Assembly (NCBI GenBank): GCA_963744995.1
Contig: CAVUWA010000002.1
Span: 96,001 to 160,000, forward strand
Length of the DNA stretch: 64,000 nucleotides
Reading direction: 5' to 3'
DNA from: Candidatus Eiseniibacteriota bacterium
GTDB taxonomy: Bacteria > Eisenbacteria > RBG-16-71-46
Each line of letters begins with the position of its first letter. Within the stretch, counting starts at the first letter, position 1. Positions 28,412 through 37,557 of the stretch are shown here, one piece after another. Below the pieces are notes generated by a model, which did no database searches, was not told the origin of the DNA, and saw only the letters and a program-made list of their open reading frames with translations. The position numbers were made by a program, and so were the translations under genes.

Positions 28412-28823
28412 GATTGTCTCCTTGTGGGTGGTGCGAATCCGTGACGGCCGGCGACGTCCATCTACGCATGAGGTGATCTGCGCCGAAGCGCAGCGCACGC
28501 ATGACCCGGACCGCGCGTGAGACCGGGCGTTCGACCTCGTCGAGGAGGCTCGAGGCCAGCGTGGTCGTGCGCGTCGCGAGGTGCTCGAAATGGGATGCCG
28601 CCGTGCGGACCGAGCCGGTGACTTGAGAGAAGGCGAGCAGCAGCTCGTCGGCGCGTGCGGAGGTGCGCTTGACCTCCTCGATCATGTCCGGAAGCTCCGC
28701 GAGTGAGATTTTCGCGGATTCGAGCAAAGTCTTGGTCTGGAACATGAGACGGATCGTCATCACTGCCATCGCGACGAGGGCGATTGTTACAACGACCATG
28801 CAGATTTGTGCGATGAGCGGCAT
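28314..28823 (-). CDS. DUF948/YoxC-like membrane-anchored coiled-coil protein
   Basis: GAGG RBS; N-terminal TM then coiled coil; typical position upstream of ytxH; 98-nt overlap with ytxH. Confidence 0.7.
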   Translation of the reverse strand: MPLIAQICMVVVTIALVAMAVMTIRLMFQTKTLLESAKISLAELPDMIEEVKRTSARADELLLAFSQVTGSVRTAASHFEHLATRTTTLASSLLDEVERPVSRAVRVMRALRFGADHLMRRWTSPAVTDSHHPQGDNHVGEQPRLDGRGISAGSGDRRRPGADVRANGR

Positions 28824-28904
28824 CGGTGGTGCCTCATTCCTTCGGTAATCCGCTGCAGATGGTGACGCTGTCGACCGCCATCGGCGCGGCGCACCACGGA
28901 TCTC

Positions 28905-28919
28905 GCAACAAGCGGGCCA
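28905..28919 (-). promoter_or_regulatory. Sigma-54 promoter for DUF948-ytxH(-BON)
   Basis: Minus strand TGGCCC-GCTTG-TTGC. Confidence 0.7.
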
Positions 28920-29019
28920 TGGTGCGGCGAAGTGCGGAGGTGATCCGCAGGGAAGGGGCCGTCAACGCGGAGCGGGAGGGTGGTGATCGACCGGCGGTCT
29001 CGAACGGCCGCGCCGGAGC

Positions 29020-29892
29020 CTACTTTCCGAACAGGTCGCTGGCGTCGAAGCTCACGCCCAGGCTGAAATGCACCGAGGTGAGCCGAAGGGCGTCGGGGAG
29101 CCGCCGCAGCACCGCGTCGGGCAGGGGCAATTCGGACGGAGCGCGGTAGCGGATCGACGACCAGCGGATGTGCTGCGCGCTGATTCCGCCGATGATGTGC
29201 ACGCCCCGATGGGCGCGCCAGCCGAGCAGCAGGCCCGCTTCGGGCGCCAGCGCCCGCTCGGTGTCGAATCGCACCAGCGTGCTGTCGGAACTGCCGTTGG
29301 CCTGCGTCAGCTGGGCGAGGCTCGCGCCCAGGGTCGCGTACCAGGAGGTGGACGGCGACGCTCGCCACAACGGAAACGGACCGAACAGCGCGCTCACATA
29401 GAACCCGCCCACGGGAAACGTCGAGGCAAGCCTGCCGAGCTGGTCGTCGACATCCACGCGATAGGCGCCCGAATACTGGTAGCCCACGGCGATCGACACC
29501 CAGCCGTCGCGCCCCGGAAGCGTGTGGTGGCTGCGCACGGCACGTACGGTGCGCATGGTGTCCACCCGCATGGCGCCCGGCGTGCTCGGCGTGCCATGGA
29601 CCCACTCGACCGTGGTGCGCACCGAATCAAGCGTGACCGTCGTGTCGGGCTGACCGCCGAAGGGGCCGAGCAGCGCCGCGAATCCGCCCCGCACGAACGG
29701 ATGGCGGTCACCCAGGTAGAAGCGCTCCGGATGTTTGGCGTCGCGATAGCCCAGAGACCCCCACAGATATCCGCCCGTCAGCTTGCCGAAGGGGGAAGGA
29801 ATCGAATTGATCTGCGCCCGGGCGGCCGGCGCGGAACCAAGCGTCATGAGCAGGAGCAGCGCTACTGCGGCGCGCGAAGCGGGGCGCTTCAC
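29020..29892 (-). CDS. Hypothetical secreted / outer-membrane beta-strand protein
   Basis: GGGAGG RBS + GTG; signal peptide ARA-Q; amphipathic strands such as VHFSLGVSF. Confidence 0.6.
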   Translation of the reverse strand: MKRPASRAAVALLLLMTLGSAPAARAQINSIPSPFGKLTGGYLWGSLGYRDAKHPERFYLGDRHPFVRGGFAALLGPFGGQPDTTVTLDSVRTTVEWVHGTPSTPGAMRVDTMRTVRAVRSHHTLPGRDGWVSIAVGYQYSGAYRVDVDDQLGRLASTFPVGGFYVSALFGPFPLWRASPSTSWYATLGASLAQLTQANGSSDSTLVRFDTERALAPEAGLLLGWRAHRGVHIIGGISAQHIRWSSIRYRAPSELPLPDAVLRRLPDALRLTSVHFSLGVSFDASDLFGK

Positions 29893-30013
29893 ATGAACCT
29901 CCCATCGAGACATGTCGCGCATCCGGCGCCTCTCGGGGCGACCGTGTCCTTTCCACTTTCATGTTGGTCGATCCGCCGGCGTCCGGGGTCGACCAGGGCG
30001 TCATGCTCCGCCG

Positions 30014-30661
30014 CTACCGTGAGGCCGCGAGCCGGCCCGGCGCATGGACATCGTGCGGCGCAGCACCCCGACCCGACACGGCGCGCGGCTGCGCGACCTG
30101 CTCCATCGCTCCGGTGAACTCGGTAAAGCTCTGAACGAAAACCGCGGGCAGCTTGAACACGTAACCGGAGAGCGGGCGCGTCGTGTCCCTCATTCCCATC
30201 TCGAACGGATAGTAGAGCGGCCCCCCGGACCTGTCCTCGAGGGCGCGCAGCGCGGGGAAGAGCGCCCACTGAACCCGGGCGACCTCGGTGAGCGGCACGC
30301 CGGGGTGGAGCCACACGGGCTGCTGCAGCCTGATTCCCCAGCTCGGCAACCGCTCGCTGCCGGGCCCGCTTCCCGCGGACTCCGCGGCGAGTGGCCACGA
30401 GAGATCCCGCTTCTCGATGCGACCATGCACGCTGGACCAGCCGGTGATGCTGCACTGCGACGGGTCGTAGCGGAAGACGATGTCCCCTGCCCGTACGTAC
30501 GTGATCAACCGGCGCGTCCAGGAAGCGGCACACTTGCCGTCGCCTCGCGGCGCTGCCAGAAGCTCAGCCCGGCCGTCCCGCTGGGCGACGTCGAGCCAGT
30601 AGCGTTCGCCGGGCATTCGTTCCCACCAGGCATTGATGTCGTCCGCGCGTCCCCAGCCCAT
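30014..30661 (-). CDS. Stand-alone PUA/EVE-like domain resembling the N-terminal reader of modification-dependent nucleases
   Basis: GGAGG RBS; INAWW...ERYWL...L.AP..DG...W...V..GDIVF.Y....I.GWS...W...L...PLYYPF...GYVFKLP; no nuclease domain follows. Family recalled from memory. Confidence 0.55.
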   Translation of the reverse strand: MGWGRADDINAWWERMPGERYWLDVAQRDGRAELLAAPRGDGKCAASWTRRLITYVRAGDIVFRYDPSQCSITGWSSVHGRIEKRDLSWPLAAESAGSGPGSERLPSWGIRLQQPVWLHPGVPLTEVARVQWALFPALRALEDRSGGPLYYPFEMGMRDTTRPLSGYVFKLPAVFVQSFTEFTGAMEQVAQPRAVSGRGAAPHDVHAPGRLAASR

Positions 30662-30795
30662 GGTGAATCCTCCTTCCAATCGCGATCCGCGACACTAAAG
30701 AGTCCCGTTGCGTTCGAATCGTCCGGGCGAGACCACCCGGTTCGCGACCGTCATAGAGAAAGGGCCCGAGGTACCCCCGTTGCCTGAGAACATGA

Positions 30796-30810
30796 GCCAG
30801 ATTGGTGCCA
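30796..30810 (-). promoter_or_regulatory. Sigma-54 promoter
   Basis: Minus strand TGGCAC-CAATC-TGGC (GG-N10-GC). Confidence 0.65.
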
Positions 30811-30917
30811 GACCGGGTCGGCGGCGGTTGCCTTCGCTAACTCGCTGCGCGTCGTCCGGATAGCGTCGCCCGCATGTCCGCGCCCCCCGGCCTCCGCGCT
30901 GCGATCGGGACCCAGGA

Positions 30918-30952
30918 TTGAAGCTCCGTTGCCGTGGATTGAATTTTCTGCC
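30918..30952. promoter_or_regulatory. Candidate paired UAS
   Basis: TTGAAGCTCCGTTG and TTGAATTTTCTGCC 21 bp apart, about 110-140 bp from the 30796-30810 promoter. Confidence 0.45.
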
Positions 30953-31282
30953 GCGGGCCCGGTCGCCGATGTCGTCCCGCTCGGGCGCGGCGCGCCCTGT
31001 CCCGCAACGAGTTGCTGGAGGGCCGGTCGCTGTCGCGGGGTGGCGCAAATCATGCGTGGGGTGACAGTGGTGCCACACGCATGTGGCCGGCGGCCCGGAA
31101 AACATCATCAGCCGCGTCGACAGGCCGGGAAGCCCGCATGGACGCGCCATGGCCGTGCGCCAGGCGTGAGTCGCCCGGCGCGTCGGGTCACCGAAACAGA
31201 TTGCCCGGGCCTCGCGGCTGGACCAGACTGGTCACCGGCTCCCTCGTGCCCTGCAGCGTCTCCTGAGAAAAGCGGTCCCGCC

Positions 31283-33163
31283 GTGCCTGAGTGGTCATTC
31301 CAGCGGAAACTGATCTCAGGCGTGATCGTGATCTGTCTGCTGGCCATCGTGAGTAGCGGAACCTCGCTGGTCGCCTCGCGGATGCTGATCGCGAGTGTGG
31401 AGACCGCCTCGACGGGCGAGTCCAGGGACCTCGCGGACGCCAGAGCCCTGCAACTCATCGGCGTCAGGTATGTCGCCGACGCCCGTGATTGCCTGCTCGC
31501 CGGGGGCAGGGAATTCGCGTCCGCCGCGAGAGATGGAAGCGCGCTGCTGCGCGGTCGGGCCGGTCTGCTGCGGGCGCGGATCACGAATCCCGAAGACCGG
31601 GCTCTGCTGGACGAGATTCTGGCCGCCGAACGGACCCACCAGGATGCGTTCGAGCGGGCCCTGGTCACCCCCGGGTTCAGGGGAGGCTCGTCCGCGGCGA
31701 GCGGCACCGAGGTGCTGCGCGATGCCGGCGATCTTATCGATCGATCACTGACCGCCCTCGTGGCGCACCTCGAAGCGGCCAGGGTGGCGAGGCTGGAAGC
31801 CGCCCGTACCGCCGTGAGTCGGGCCAGGATTCTCCTGTCCGTCATCACGGTCGCGACCGTTCTGTTGATGGCCCTTCTCTGCCTGCTTCTGATCGCCGCC
31901 CTCAATCGGAGCTACCGGCAGCAGACGATCGCCCGCAAGCTGGCGGAGCGCGGCCAGAGTCAGGCGAGGACGTCGCTCTCCGAAGTGGAAGAGGCCAGCC
32001 ATCTGAAGGACGAGTTCCTGGCGACCGTGTCGCACGAACTGCGCAATCCCCTCGCTCCGATCCTGACCTGGACCCAGCTGCTCAGAGGCGGGACGCTGGA
32101 TGAGGAGAAATCCAGGCGCGCGCTCGAAGTCATCGAGCGCAACGTTCTGTCCCAGGCCCAGCTGATCGACGATCTCCTCGACGTGTCGCGGGTGGTGTCC
32201 GGGAAGTTCCGTCTGGATGTGAGGCCCGTGGACCTGCTGCCCCTGATCAAGGGCGCCGTCGAATCACAGATCCCCGCCAGCGATGCCAAGCAGATCCGCC
32301 TGCGTCTCGTGCTCGACGAGCGGGCGGGGCTGATTTCAGGCGATTCGGAACGACTGTCACAGGTCATGTGGAACCTGATTTCCAACGCCATCAAGTTCAC
32401 GCCCAAGGGCGGGCGCGTGCAGGTCGTCCTGCAACGGGCGGAGTCGCACGTGGAGGTCTCGGTCAGCGACAGCGGCATCGGTATCGCGCCGGAGTTCCTG
32501 CCGCACGTCTTCGAGCCGTTTCGGCAGGGCGTCGACGGGTCGATGCGACGCCATGGTGGCCTGGGCCTCGGGCTCTCGATCGTCCGGCACATCGTCGAAC
32601 TGCACGGCGGCGAGATCAGCGCGTTCAGCGATGGCCCGAACCTCGGTTCGAGATTCACCGTCAAGTTTCCGCTGCTGGCCACGATTACGAAAGACAACGA
32701 GCCTGCGCGACGACACCCCATTGCCGGTGACTCGCTCGGGGATCACCAGCTGGGACGCCTGGACGGCGTGCGCGTGCTGATCGTGGAAGACGAGGCAAGC
32801 GCCAGGGAGTCGCTCCTGGAGTTGTTCACCGCCAGCGGCGCCGAGGTTCGGGGCGCCGGCTCGGCCGCCGAGGCAATGGGCGTCTTCGAAACCTGGCCGC
32901 CGAACGTGCTGGTCTCGGACATCGCGATGCCGGATGAAGACGGCTACTCGCTGATCCGGAGGATCCGGATGCGCCCCACCCGGCGGGGAGGCGACGTTCC
33001 TGCACTGGCGCTGACCGCCTACGCCAAGATCGAAGACCGCGTGACGATCCTGGCCGCCGGATTCCAGATGTATCTCTCGAAGCCGGCGAATCCCAACGAG
33101 CTGATCGCGGTCGTGAGAAGCCTGGCCAGGCGTCGGGACCACGAGGACGGCGCGGCTCCGTAG
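31283..33163 (+). CDS. Membrane hybrid sensor histidine kinase / response regulator
   Basis: Two TMs around a four-helix sensor; FLATVSHELRNPL; NLISNAIKFT; DSGIGI; GGLGLGL; C-terminal receiver (VEDE, SDIAMPDEDG, KP). Start approximate. Confidence 0.92.
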   Translation: MPEWSFQRKLISGVIVICLLAIVSSGTSLVASRMLIASVETASTGESRDLADARALQLIGVRYVADARDCLLAGGREFASAARDGSALLRGRAGLLRARITNPEDRALLDEILAAERTHQDAFERALVTPGFRGGSSAASGTEVLRDAGDLIDRSLTALVAHLEAARVARLEAARTAVSRARILLSVITVATVLLMALLCLLLIAALNRSYRQQTIARKLAERGQSQARTSLSEVEEASHLKDEFLATVSHELRNPLAPILTWTQLLRGGTLDEEKSRRALEVIERNVLSQAQLIDDLLDVSRVVSGKFRLDVRPVDLLPLIKGAVESQIPASDAKQIRLRLVLDERAGLISGDSERLSQVMWNLISNAIKFTPKGGRVQVVLQRAESHVEVSVSDSGIGIAPEFLPHVFEPFRQGVDGSMRRHGGLGLGLSIVRHIVELHGGEISAFSDGPNLGSRFTVKFPLLATITKDNEPARRHPIAGDSLGDHQLGRLDGVRVLIVEDEASARESLLELFTASGAEVRGAGSAAEAMGVFETWPPNVLVSDIAMPDEDGYSLIRRIRMRPTRRGGDVPALALTAYAKIEDRVTILAAGFQMYLSKPANPNELIAVVRSLARRRDHEDGAAP

Positions 33164-33287
33164 CAACGGCACCCGGCCGAGGCGCATGCAGGCCGCGTCC
33201 AGGGAACCCGTCGGAAGGCGGCGCGGCCGCGCGGTCGCGCGGTCGCGCGAACCCGTGCCGGGACCGGTCACCGCACTGCCCGTGCGC

Positions 33288-33320
33288 TTGAACATCCGGC
33301 CGCCGTTTGAACTTCCTTCC
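33288..33320. promoter_or_regulatory. Candidate paired UAS
   Basis: TTGAACATCCGGCC-5 nt-TTGAACTTCCTTCC, about 100-130 bp upstream of the 33421 promoter. Confidence 0.6.
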
Positions 33321-33420
33321 TGCGCGCGCGTTTCGCGCACGCATCCCCTCGAGCGCTCCACGCAGGCTCACCCCGCGCCGTACCAACGATCTAGAACGAC
33401 ATCCGACCCATTTCATTCGC

Positions 33421-33435
33421 TGGCACCATTCGTGC
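33421..33435 (+). promoter_or_regulatory. Sigma-54 promoter
   Basis: TGGCAC-CATTC-GTGC. Confidence 0.7.
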
Positions 33436-33552
33436 GCTTTGAACGGCACGAAAGAGCACGAAGGCGCGGTCGGCCGGAACGCTTCGAACACCTTCCATCA
33501 GGCGCAAGCCACGCACTGGTGAAAGTCCATGATGGACCCAAAGGAGTCACAT

Positions 33553-34125
33553 ATGACCCACACCAGTTGCCGCGCATACACGTTCACGCGGATCGCGGGA
33601 GTCATCATGCTCGCCGCCCTCGCCACCTCGACCCCGGGCATCGCGCGGGCGGTCGAGATCATTCCTTCGCTCGGCGTCACCAAGTCCACCGACACGAACG
33701 CCGGCGATGCGAAGGCCTTCGGGGGGCTCGCGGTTCGCGCCGCGCTGCTCCCGTTCCTGAAGGCGGAAGGCGGCATCGGGTATCGGCAGGACTCGTTCGC
33801 CAACGACGACGTCAAGGTGCGCCAGTGGCCGATGACGGCTTCACTGTGGCTCTCACCGCTCCCCATGCTCTACGCGGGCGGCGGCTTCGGCTGGTACCGG
33901 ACGACGCTCGACTATCGCGACAGCCTGCCCTTCGACGATTCGACGTCGTTGAAGACCGGCGTTCATCTGGGCGGCGGACTCAACGTCCCGATCGCCCCGC
34001 GCCTCGGTCTCGACCTGAACGGACGCTACATCTTCATGCAGAAGGGTGACGAGAATGCCCAGCTGCCGACCACCTTCGACCCTGATTTCTGGACCACTTC
34101 GCTCGGGCTCGCGATCCGCTTCTAG
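33553..34125 (+). CDS. Outer-membrane beta-barrel protein (OmpW/porin-like, 8-stranded)
   Basis: AAGGAG RBS; signal peptide; YAGGGFG, G.HLGGG, GRYIF; C-terminal GLAIRF. Confidence 0.85.
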   Translation: MTHTSCRAYTFTRIAGVIMLAALATSTPGIARAVEIIPSLGVTKSTDTNAGDAKAFGGLAVRAALLPFLKAEGGIGYRQDSFANDDVKVRQWPMTASLWLSPLPMLYAGGGFGWYRTTLDYRDSLPFDDSTSLKTGVHLGGGLNVPIAPRLGLDLNGRYIFMQKGDENAQLPTTFDPDFWTTSLGLAIRF

Positions 34126-34284
34126 CGCATGCCGTCGAGAAGGAGCACACGTCGTCACCAGGAACGTGGCACCGCACGACCAGACCCCTGGCCGTGCGGT
34201 AGCGCCGCTTGCGGCCGAACGGCCTCGATGGGGTTGCGGCCGCGAAGGGATTTCATCCGGACTCGAGTCCGGAGGAGGTATCCA

Positions 34285-34434
34285 ATGCTCTGGGGAATCG
34301 TCGTCCTGCTGATCATCCTCTGGCTGCTCGGGATGATCACGTCCTACACGATGGGCGGACTCGTTCACCTTCTGCTCGTCATCGCCATCATCGTCGTGGT
34401 GGTCAGACTCCTTCAGGGGCGCAGGGTGCTGTGA
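34285..34434 (+). CDS. lmo0937-family small membrane protein
   Basis: GGAGGAGG RBS; MLWGIVVLLIILWLLG...GGLVHLLLVIAIIVVVVRLLQGRR; 49 aa. Confidence 0.88.
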   Translation: MLWGIVVLLIILWLLGMITSYTMGGLVHLLLVIAIIVVVVRLLQGRRVL

Positions 34435-34463
34435 CCAGCGCCGCGATGGAAGGGGACTTCAAC

Positions 34464-34679
34464 ATGAAGGTCATGGGATCGATCTTCGTGCTCGCCGGGA
34501 TCCTCACACTCCTGTACGGGGGTCTGAGCTATGGCCGCCAGGAGACGATGATGAACATGGGCTCGTTCCACGGCGCGGCGACGGCGCAGCACACGGTTCC
34601 GGTCGCGCCCATTGTCGGGGGGCTCGCCCTGGTGGGCGGCCTCGTGCTCCTCCTGGTGCCGCGCCGGCAGCAGGACTGA
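34464..34679 (+). CDS. DUF3185-like two-TM small protein
   Basis: G...L.YGG.SY.RQ.T....G.....A....T.P..PI.GG.AL.GG; paralog of 43029-43244. Confidence 0.75.
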   Translation: MKVMGSIFVLAGILTLLYGGLSYGRQETMMNMGSFHGAATAQHTVPVAPIVGGLALVGGLVLLLVPRRQQD

Positions 34680-34775
34680 ACGGGGCCGGCGCCGGGTGCG
34701 AGGTTCACGCGTCGCGGCCGTCCATTCGTCCCGCGAAGCCGACATGCTCGGAACCGGGGGATGGAGGAACGTGAA

Positions 34776-35246
34776 ATGAAGACGACGCGAGCGATACAGC
34801 TCACGCACGTTTTGCTCAGGGTCGTCGCGGGCGTGCTGATCGCGCAGCATGGAGGACAGAAGCTGTTCGGATGGCTCGGGGGAGTCGACGGCGCAGGGGC
34901 CGCGGTGGCGCCGATGTCGCAGATGGGGCTCGCCGGCGCCCTCGAGTTCTTTGGCGGCATTGCGATCGTGCTCGGCCTGTTCACCCGGCCCGTCGCGTTC
35001 GTGCTCTCCGGAGAACTGGCGGTGGCCTACTTCCAGGCGCACCAGGCGCACGGTGCGTGGCCCATTCAGAACCATGGCGAGGTCGCGGTCCTCTACTCGT
35101 TCATCTTCCTGTCTCTTGCGGCGCGCGGTGCCGGGCGCTGGAGTCTCGACGCCATGCGTCACCGCGACCCTGGCGCCGAGCCGAACTCGATGCCCTCAGG
35201 ACGCACCGCTGCAGCGGGATCGGCGTCTCTCCGATCGGGCGCGTGA
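34776..35246 (+). CDS. DoxX family membrane protein
   Basis: LRVVAG...HGGQKLFGW, EFFGG...GLFTRP, AVAYF.AH, N.GE.AVLY.F, GAGRWSLD. Confidence 0.93.
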   Translation: MKTTRAIQLTHVLLRVVAGVLIAQHGGQKLFGWLGGVDGAGAAVAPMSQMGLAGALEFFGGIAIVLGLFTRPVAFVLSGELAVAYFQAHQAHGAWPIQNHGEVAVLYSFIFLSLAARGAGRWSLDAMRHRDPGAEPNSMPSGRTAAAGSASLRSGA

Positions 35247-35635
35247 GCCTCACGGGTCACCGTGTACCTGCCGGGCGGCACGTTCAGACGCTCCAGCACC
35301 GCGCGGAGGCAGTGCAGGTAGAACCACACGCCCGGGCTGCATCCCGGCCCCACCGAATCGATGTCCCTGAACGCCGAGCGCACCGCATCGCAGGTGGCGG
35401 CGGTGGCGTCCGCGGCGTTCCCCAGCGAGCTGAGCGCCGTTGCATAGAGGCGGTCACGGTAGCGCGCCACCAGCGCATCGAAAGCCACGAAGTCGCCGCC
35501 CTGGGCGCGCGACACGAGAGTCTCGTCGTCGAGGACGCCGTAGCCGAGGGTGCGCATCGAATGCCACATGCCGGCGAGCCAACCCTCCTGCGTTCTGATC
35601 AGGCTCCAGAGGTGACTGTCTGCTCGAAACGCCAT
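35159..35635 (-). CDS. Sigma-70 region-2-only (ECF-like) protein lacking region 4
   Basis: AGGGGAGG RBS; DDETLVSRAQGGD..AFDALVARYRDRLY..A...LGN..DA, degenerate D..Q/E and W motif; no HTH follows; 3' end overlaps doxX. Confidence 0.6.
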   Translation of the reverse strand: MAFRADSHLWSLIRTQEGWLAGMWHSMRTLGYGVLDDETLVSRAQGGDFVAFDALVARYRDRLYATALSSLGNAADATAATCDAVRSAFRDIDSVGPGCSPGVWFYLHCLRAVLERLNVPPGRYTVTREAHAPDRRDADPAAAVRPEGIEFGSAPGSR

Positions 35636-35701
35636 GCTTCGCCTCCCCTCTTCATCGTCCGCGTCGGACCCAGGAGTGAATGGGTTTGCGGATGGGGGAG
35701 G

Positions 35702-35716
35702 GCACGATCCATGCCA
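35702..35716 (-). promoter_or_regulatory. Sigma-54 promoter for the sigma2-only gene
   Basis: Minus strand TGGCAT-GGATC-GTGC. Confidence 0.65.
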
Positions 35717-35770
35717 CCGATAAGCGCTTGTCCGCAGCCCCGCGCGACGCGATTTCGCCGCTTGCGGAAC

Positions 35771-35836
35771 GGTCACGGGTTCAATCACGCGGAAGGAATT
35801 ACAACCCGCACGAGGTCGCGCATCGTCGCGTCGCGC
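35771..35836. repeat. About 65-bp intergenic repeat, copy A (paired UAS)
   Basis: GGTCACGG.TTCAA..GGAAGGAATTACAACCCG..CGAGG..TCGTCGCG.CGCGC; the 18-bp core is identical to copy B at 41163. Confidence 0.8.
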
Positions 35837-35886
35837 CAAGTCCATGCTGTCGCACGGCACGCCACGCTTCGGTCGGCGCCGCGATG

Positions 35887-35901
35887 CGGCACGGGGATTG
35901 C
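35887..35901 (+). promoter_or_regulatory. Sigma-54 promoter for ompA
   Basis: CGGCAC-GGGGA-TTGC. Confidence 0.7.
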
Positions 35902-35960
35902 GGCCCCTGAAGGATTCCGGGCCTGAACTCCCGGCCCACTCGGATCGGAGGGTCTCGATA

Positions 35961-37385
35961 ATGCGCATACGCATGTGGCTTCCGTTGATCGTCCTTGCCT
36001 CACTGGTTTCAAGCGCCGCAGCGGCGTCGGACTTTCAGGAAAAACCATTCAACGTGGTCCCGTTCGGCGGTTGGACATTCTTCGACAGGGAACTCAAAGC
36101 GGACACCGGGCTCAACCTGGACGACGATCTCTACCTCGGCGGCCGCATCGGTGTGCGACTGCTGTCGCCGATCTGGCTCGACCTCGCAGGCGGGTACACC
36201 CCCACCAAGGCGAACGGCGTCGATGCGACGTGGACCCACCTGTCGGCCAACCTGCTGCTTGTTTCCTCCAGGCCCATGGCGATCAGCCCGTTCGTTTCGC
36301 TGGGCGGAGGCATCTCCAAATTCGTCCCTCGATGGAGTCCGGATGAGACGGACGGCACGTTCGAGGCCGCGGCCGGCGTGAAGGTGAAGATCACGGACGC
36401 GCTCGGACTGCGGCTCGAAGCACGCAACGTGCTGCTCGTCCCCAAGGATCACTACGACAAGTCTCACATCGACAACATCGTCGCCGGCGCCGGGCTGGTG
36501 TTCGCCTTCGGCGGCAGACAGGCGGATGGCGATGGTGATGGTGTGCCCGACAGGGTGGACAAGTGCCCGGGCACGACGAGCGGATGCACGGTGGACGCCA
36601 GTGGCTGCCCGATCGATTCGGACGGCGATGGCGTGTGCGACGGGCTGGATCAGTGTTCCAACACGCCGCACGGCGCGACCGTCGACGCGAAGGGTTGCCC
36701 GATCGACAGTGACGGCGATCACGTCTGGGACGGCCTCGACCAGTGCCCTGATACGCCTGGGGGCTGCGCCGTGGACGCGGCCGGTTGTCCGATCGACTCG
36801 GATGGCGACGGTGTGTGCGACGCCCTCGACGGCTGCGCGGACACCCCGCAGGGCTGCACCGTGGACGCAAAGGGCTGCCCGACCGACTCGGACGGCGATG
36901 GTGTATGCGACGGGCTCGACAAGTGTCCGAACACGCCGTCGGGCACCCAGGTGGATTCGGACGGCTGCCCGCCGAGTGAAGTCCGCATGCGCGAGACCGA
37001 ACTGCTCGACACCGGCATGATCCGGCTGAATGACGTGAACTTCGAAACCGCGAAGGCCGACATCCTGCCCGAGTCACGCAAGGCGCTCGACGTCGTGGGC
37101 GAGGTACTGAGCAAGTGGCCGCAGCTGAAGATCGAGGTCGGGGGTCACTGTGATTCGCGCGGCAGCGACTCGTACAACCTCACGCTCAGCCGTCAGAGAG
37201 TGGCTTCGGTGCGCGCCTATCTGCTCGAGCACTTCCCGAAGCTCGAGGCCGCGCAGCTCACGGCCAAGGGCTACGGCGAATCACAGCCGCTGGTGCCGAA
37301 TACCAGCCCGGAGAACATGGCGAAGAACCGCCGGGTCGAGTTCAAGGTGCTCAACAAAGCGGTTCTCAAGCAGATCAAGCCGTGA
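35961..37385 (+). CDS. OmpA family protein: beta-barrel + five thrombospondin type-3-like repeats + peptidoglycan-binding domain
   Basis: GGAGG RBS; signal peptide; DSDGDGV.D..D.C..TP repeats; VNFET, GHCDSRG...N..LS..R, GYGESQP, NRRVEF. Confidence 0.93.
   Translation: MRIRMWLPLIVLASLVSSAAAASDFQEKPFNVVPFGGWTFFDRELKADTGLNLDDDLYLGGRIGVRLLSPIWLDLAGGYTPTKANGVDATWTHLSANLLLVSSRPMAISPFVSLGGGISKFVPRWSPDETDGTFEAAAGVKVKITDALGLRLEARNVLLVPKDHYDKSHIDNIVAGAGLVFAFGGRQADGDGDGVPDRVDKCPGTTSGCTVDASGCPIDSDGDGVCDGLDQCSNTPHGATVDAKGCPIDSDGDHVWDGLDQCPDTPGGCAVDAAGCPIDSDGDGVCDALDGCADTPQGCTVDAKGCPTDSDGDGVCDGLDKCPNTPSGTQVDSDGCPPSEVRMRETELLDTGMIRLNDVNFETAKADILPESRKALDVVGEVLSKWPQLKIEVGGHCDSRGSDSYNLTLSRQRVASVRAYLLEHFPKLEAAQLTAKGYGESQPLVPNTSPENMAKNRRVEFKVLNKAVLKQIKP
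36525..36974 (+). repeat. Five tandem 90-bp (30-aa) Asp/Cys-rich coding repeats
   Basis: Consensus DSDGDGVCDGLDxCPxTPxGCxVDAxGCPI. Confidence 0.92.
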
Positions 37386-37557
37386 ACTGCGCGCCGGCGG
37401 ATGGCGTGGCGGTAGCGCCCGTGGGGCGCACCGCAACCATCCGCCGGCGCCAGCACCGGCGGACTCGCACGATTCTGGGTGTCCGCGCGGCGGCCCCGTC
37501 CCGGCGGGCGTCGCACGGGGACCATCTGGACTCGAACACCAGACAAGGAGACAGACC

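Noticed and set aside
36525..36974. Possible CRISPR-like periodic repeats
   Set aside because: They are in-frame 90-bp coding repeats with synonymous variation and no unique spacers; no cas genes are present.
34189..37416. Weak GG-N10-GC motifs ending CGGTAGC at 34189, 37402 and 30013(-)
   Set aside because: Correctly placed but too degenerate to call in GC-rich DNA without a PWM.
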